Source: Acidobacteriota bacterium
Lineage (GTDB): Bacteria > Acidobacteriota > Vicinamibacteria > Vicinamibacterales > UBA8438
NCBI GenBank assembly: GCA_015659035.1
Contig: DQNS01000028.1
Coordinates: forward strand, 8,711 to 72,710
Length of the DNA: 64,000 nucleotides
Direction of reading: 5' to 3'
Shown: positions 63,145 through 64,000 of the stretch, piece by piece
How positions within the stretch are numbered: position 1 is the first letter of the stretch
Layout: every line of letters begins with the position of its first letter
Made by a program: the position numbers and the translations under genes
Notes under the pieces: model-generated
What the model was told of the DNA's origin: nothing
The model's database searches: none
What the model saw: the letters and a program-made list of their open reading frames with translations, nothing else

Positions 63145-64000
63145 TCAGAAGGTGAACGACACTCCGACCGAGGCGTTGATCCCGGGTGAGGGGAGGAACG
63201 CGCGCTGGAATGGGAACCCTAAGAAAAGCACACCGTACTCGGCGTACTCCTGGTCCAGAAGGTTGCTGACATCCAGGAACACGGTGAACCGCTCCTCGGT
63301 CAGCTTCACCCGCGTGTTCAGCAGGAAGTAGCTCTCGACCATGCCGAACGTGTTCTCGTAGTCGCTCTCGAAGAACCGCTCGCCGACAAAGATGCCTTCA
63401 ATGCCGACGGTGACCCCGGCACCCACTCCGACCACGGTCCGGACGCTTGCCCTGTGGCGCGGGACGTTGGGGATCTGCATGCCGGCGTACTGGCCGTTGC
63501 GGACCAGCGTGTCGGTGAAGCTGTAGCTGCCCTCGAGCGTGGCCTGACCCGCGCGTCCGGCGACGACCGTCTCGAAGCCGATCCGGCGTGACTGGCCATC
63601 CAGGTTCTCGTTTCCGAACGACGCCGGGTTGAGGAAGATCTCGCGCTCGGTGTCGAGGTGGAAGAGGGTGACGGTGGCGCGGGCTGCATCGCCGAGCTGG
63701 AGGCGGGCGCCGACCTGCACATCGTCCGACGACTGCGGCAGCAGGTCGGGGCTGATGGTGTTCGCAAAGAAGTTAAAAAGCTCGTCGAGCACTGGATACC
63801 TGAAGCCGCGCGCGTAGCTGAAAAACAGCTGCGCGTCAGGTCGCACCTCCACGGTCACGCCCACCGTGGTGAGGTTCACATCGAATTCCTTGCGGCCCGG
63901 GGTGCTCGGCGCGAACTGATAGGTGACGTGGTCGCGCCGGTACCCGGCCGAGACGGCGACGTTCGGCCGCGGCCGGTACTCCTCGTGCACGTAGACGCCG
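63145..64000 (-). CDS. TonB-dependent receptor, C-terminal barrel portion (gene continues past the window end)
   Basis: The frame stays open to the window edge. It shows an alternating beta-strand pattern and the terminal GINASVGVSFTF with a C-terminal Phe. Confidence 0.75.
   Translation of the reverse strand, partial: GVYVHEEYRPRPNVAVSAGYRRDHVTYQFAPSTPGRKEFDVNLTTVGVTVEVRPDAQLFFSYARGFRYPVLDELFNFFANTISPDLLPQSSDDVQVGARLQLGDAARATVTLFHLDTEREIFLNPASFGNENLDGQSRRIGFETVVAGRAGQATLEGSYSFTDTLVRNGQYAGMQIPNVPRHRASVRTVVGVGAGVTVGIEGIFVGERFFESDYENTFGMVESYFLLNTRVKLTEERFTVFLDVSNLLDQEYAEYGVLFLGFPFQRAFLPSPGINASVGVSFTF

Overview
GC-rich (about 65-70% by eye) bacterial chromosomal window. It is densely packed with periplasmic or secreted redox enzymes, hydrolases and transporters, in a style seen in soil Acidobacteriota or Gemmatimonadota; that placement is inference only. 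I support about 50 protein-coding genes. No rRNA, tRNA, CRISPR, transposase or integrase is visible. Most long ORFs in the track are GC-driven shadow frames antisense to, or out of frame with, the real genes, and several track ORFs fuse a real C-terminal gene to a spurious N-terminus.

Main observations:
1. Predicted selenoprotein. Two same-frame minus-strand ORFs (33000..33350 and 31692..32972) are separated only by TGA at 33000-33002. Read through, they give one secreted 518-aa protein with the motif G-C-L-T-U-P-P-F, which is both the iodothyronine-deiodinase active-site pattern and a CxxU redox motif. A perfect 7-bp hairpin with a CGGGU loop follows the UGA at SECIS-like spacing. The Sec domain is fused to a DsbD-N-like domain and four EF-hands.
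2. Two paralogous fusions of a c-type haem domain (CxxCH) to a PHM/DBH-like copper monooxygenase. One is apparently co-transcribed with an arylsulfotransferase.
3. A cobalamin riboswitch in front of a btuD/C/F-like ABC operon.
4. A sigma-54 promoter and a roughly 28% GC island with palindromes upstream of an orphan type IV pilin.
5. An xsc/tauD sulfonate pair next to a DASS permease.
6. Four decayed genes: a Ser/Thr kinase stub, an epoxide hydrolase fragment, a histidine kinase lacking its H-box, and a frameshifted small gene.
7. A rich intergenic repeat repertoire: REP-like CCCTCTCCC/GGGAGAGGG palindromes, two families of tandem heptanucleotide repeats, a duplicated GGCGAAG-hairpin module, and a 106-bp unit with 18-bp perfect inverted termini.

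All functional calls come from motif recognition by eye. No database search was run.
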